Shown piece by piece: positions 63,810 to 64,000 of a stretch of DNA of 64,000 bases. How positions within the stretch are numbered: position 1 is the stretch's first letter; each line of letters starts with the position of its first letter. The position numbers and the translations under genes were made by a program. This stretch comes from an uncultured Verrucomicrobiota bacterium (GTDB taxonomy: Bacteria > Verrucomicrobiota > Kiritimatiellia > CAIKKV01), in contig CAZSUH010000004.1 in the NCBI GenBank assembly GCA_964609905.1, forward strand, positions 971-64,970, given 5' to 3'. The notes under the pieces are model-generated. The model was not told the origin of the DNA, made no database searches, and saw only the letters and a list, made by a program, of their open reading frames with translations.

Positions 63810-64000
63810 TTAATCGTCCGTTTCGCCATGTCCGCTGCCCGTCGCGATCCAGTAGCATCGTCGCAACGTGACCGAAGCCCGTTTTCCGCCCAACACCGCG
63901 TGAATCTCCGGCCGCATCGAAACGCGAACCTGGGTTTCAATCGGAATCAGGCGAAAAGAGGGGTCGGCATTTTCCGCCATCGCCGTGGCGATCACCGGAC
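63810..64000 (-). CDS. Hypothetical protein, C-terminal fragment (ORF open to the right edge). Possibly a TadE/TadG-like accessory protein, by position only.
   Basis: ...VIATAMAENADPSFRLIPIETQVRVSMRPEIHAVLGGKRASVTLRRCYWIATGSGHGETDD*. It lies 21 nt upstream of cpaB on the same strand. Confidence 0.4.
   Translation of the reverse strand, partial: PVIATAMAENADPSFRLIPIETQVRVSMRPEIHAVLGGKRASVTLRRCYWIATGSGHGETDD

Overview
High-GC bacterial chromosomal window, densely coding, with no rRNA, tRNA, CRISPR array, transposase or integrase seen. The IorAB and NfnAB redox genes suggest an anaerobe. The exosortase/EpsI pair, a eukaryote-type xylulokinase and a four-helix-bundle 'suffix' protein suggest a PVC-type lineage, but this is inference only.

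Layout:
- 1-9.8 kb: housekeeping genes (speA, hisFH, iorAB, an amidohydrolase, nfnAB, a HAD hydrolase).
- 9.8-20.5 kb: a rearranged accessory patch. A three-gene minus-strand island (791-aa unknown protein, 406-aa beta-helix protein, 1598-aa secreted protein with three beta-helix modules) is bracketed by a 100%-identical duplication of most of the HAD gene. It also carries copies or scars of a four-helix-bundle (23S-IVS/Avd-family) gene cassette that contains a 39-nt GATC-rich repeat.
- 20.5-28.3 kb: ispG-rseP-dxr-cdsA-uppS, purA and a DegT-type aminotransferase, all on the minus strand.
- 28.5-48.7 kb: a plus-strand, somewhat lower-GC glycan locus with a flippase, methyltransferases, three GT9 genes plus a GT9 fragment, hldC, a Wzy/WaaL-like protein, GT4/GT2/GT-C transferases, a UDP-GlcA epimerase and glf. 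It ends in a tightly overlapping exosortase-EpsI-DUF362/4Fe-4S-acyltransferase module.
- 48.6-54 kb: xylulokinase and three poorly characterised genes.
- 54-64 kb: a non-canonical Tad/Cpa-like locus, cpaB-cpaC-cpaF-TPR-unknown secreted protein-tadB-tadC-FHA-FHA. No TadZ/CpaE, pilin or prepilin peptidase is visible in the window.

The best candidates for something undescribed are the Tad-like/FHA/unknown-exoprotein operon and the repeat-bounded four-helix-bundle cassette with its duplication mosaic. Many long Arg/Pro/Gly-rich ORFs in the track are antisense shadow ORFs and were rejected.
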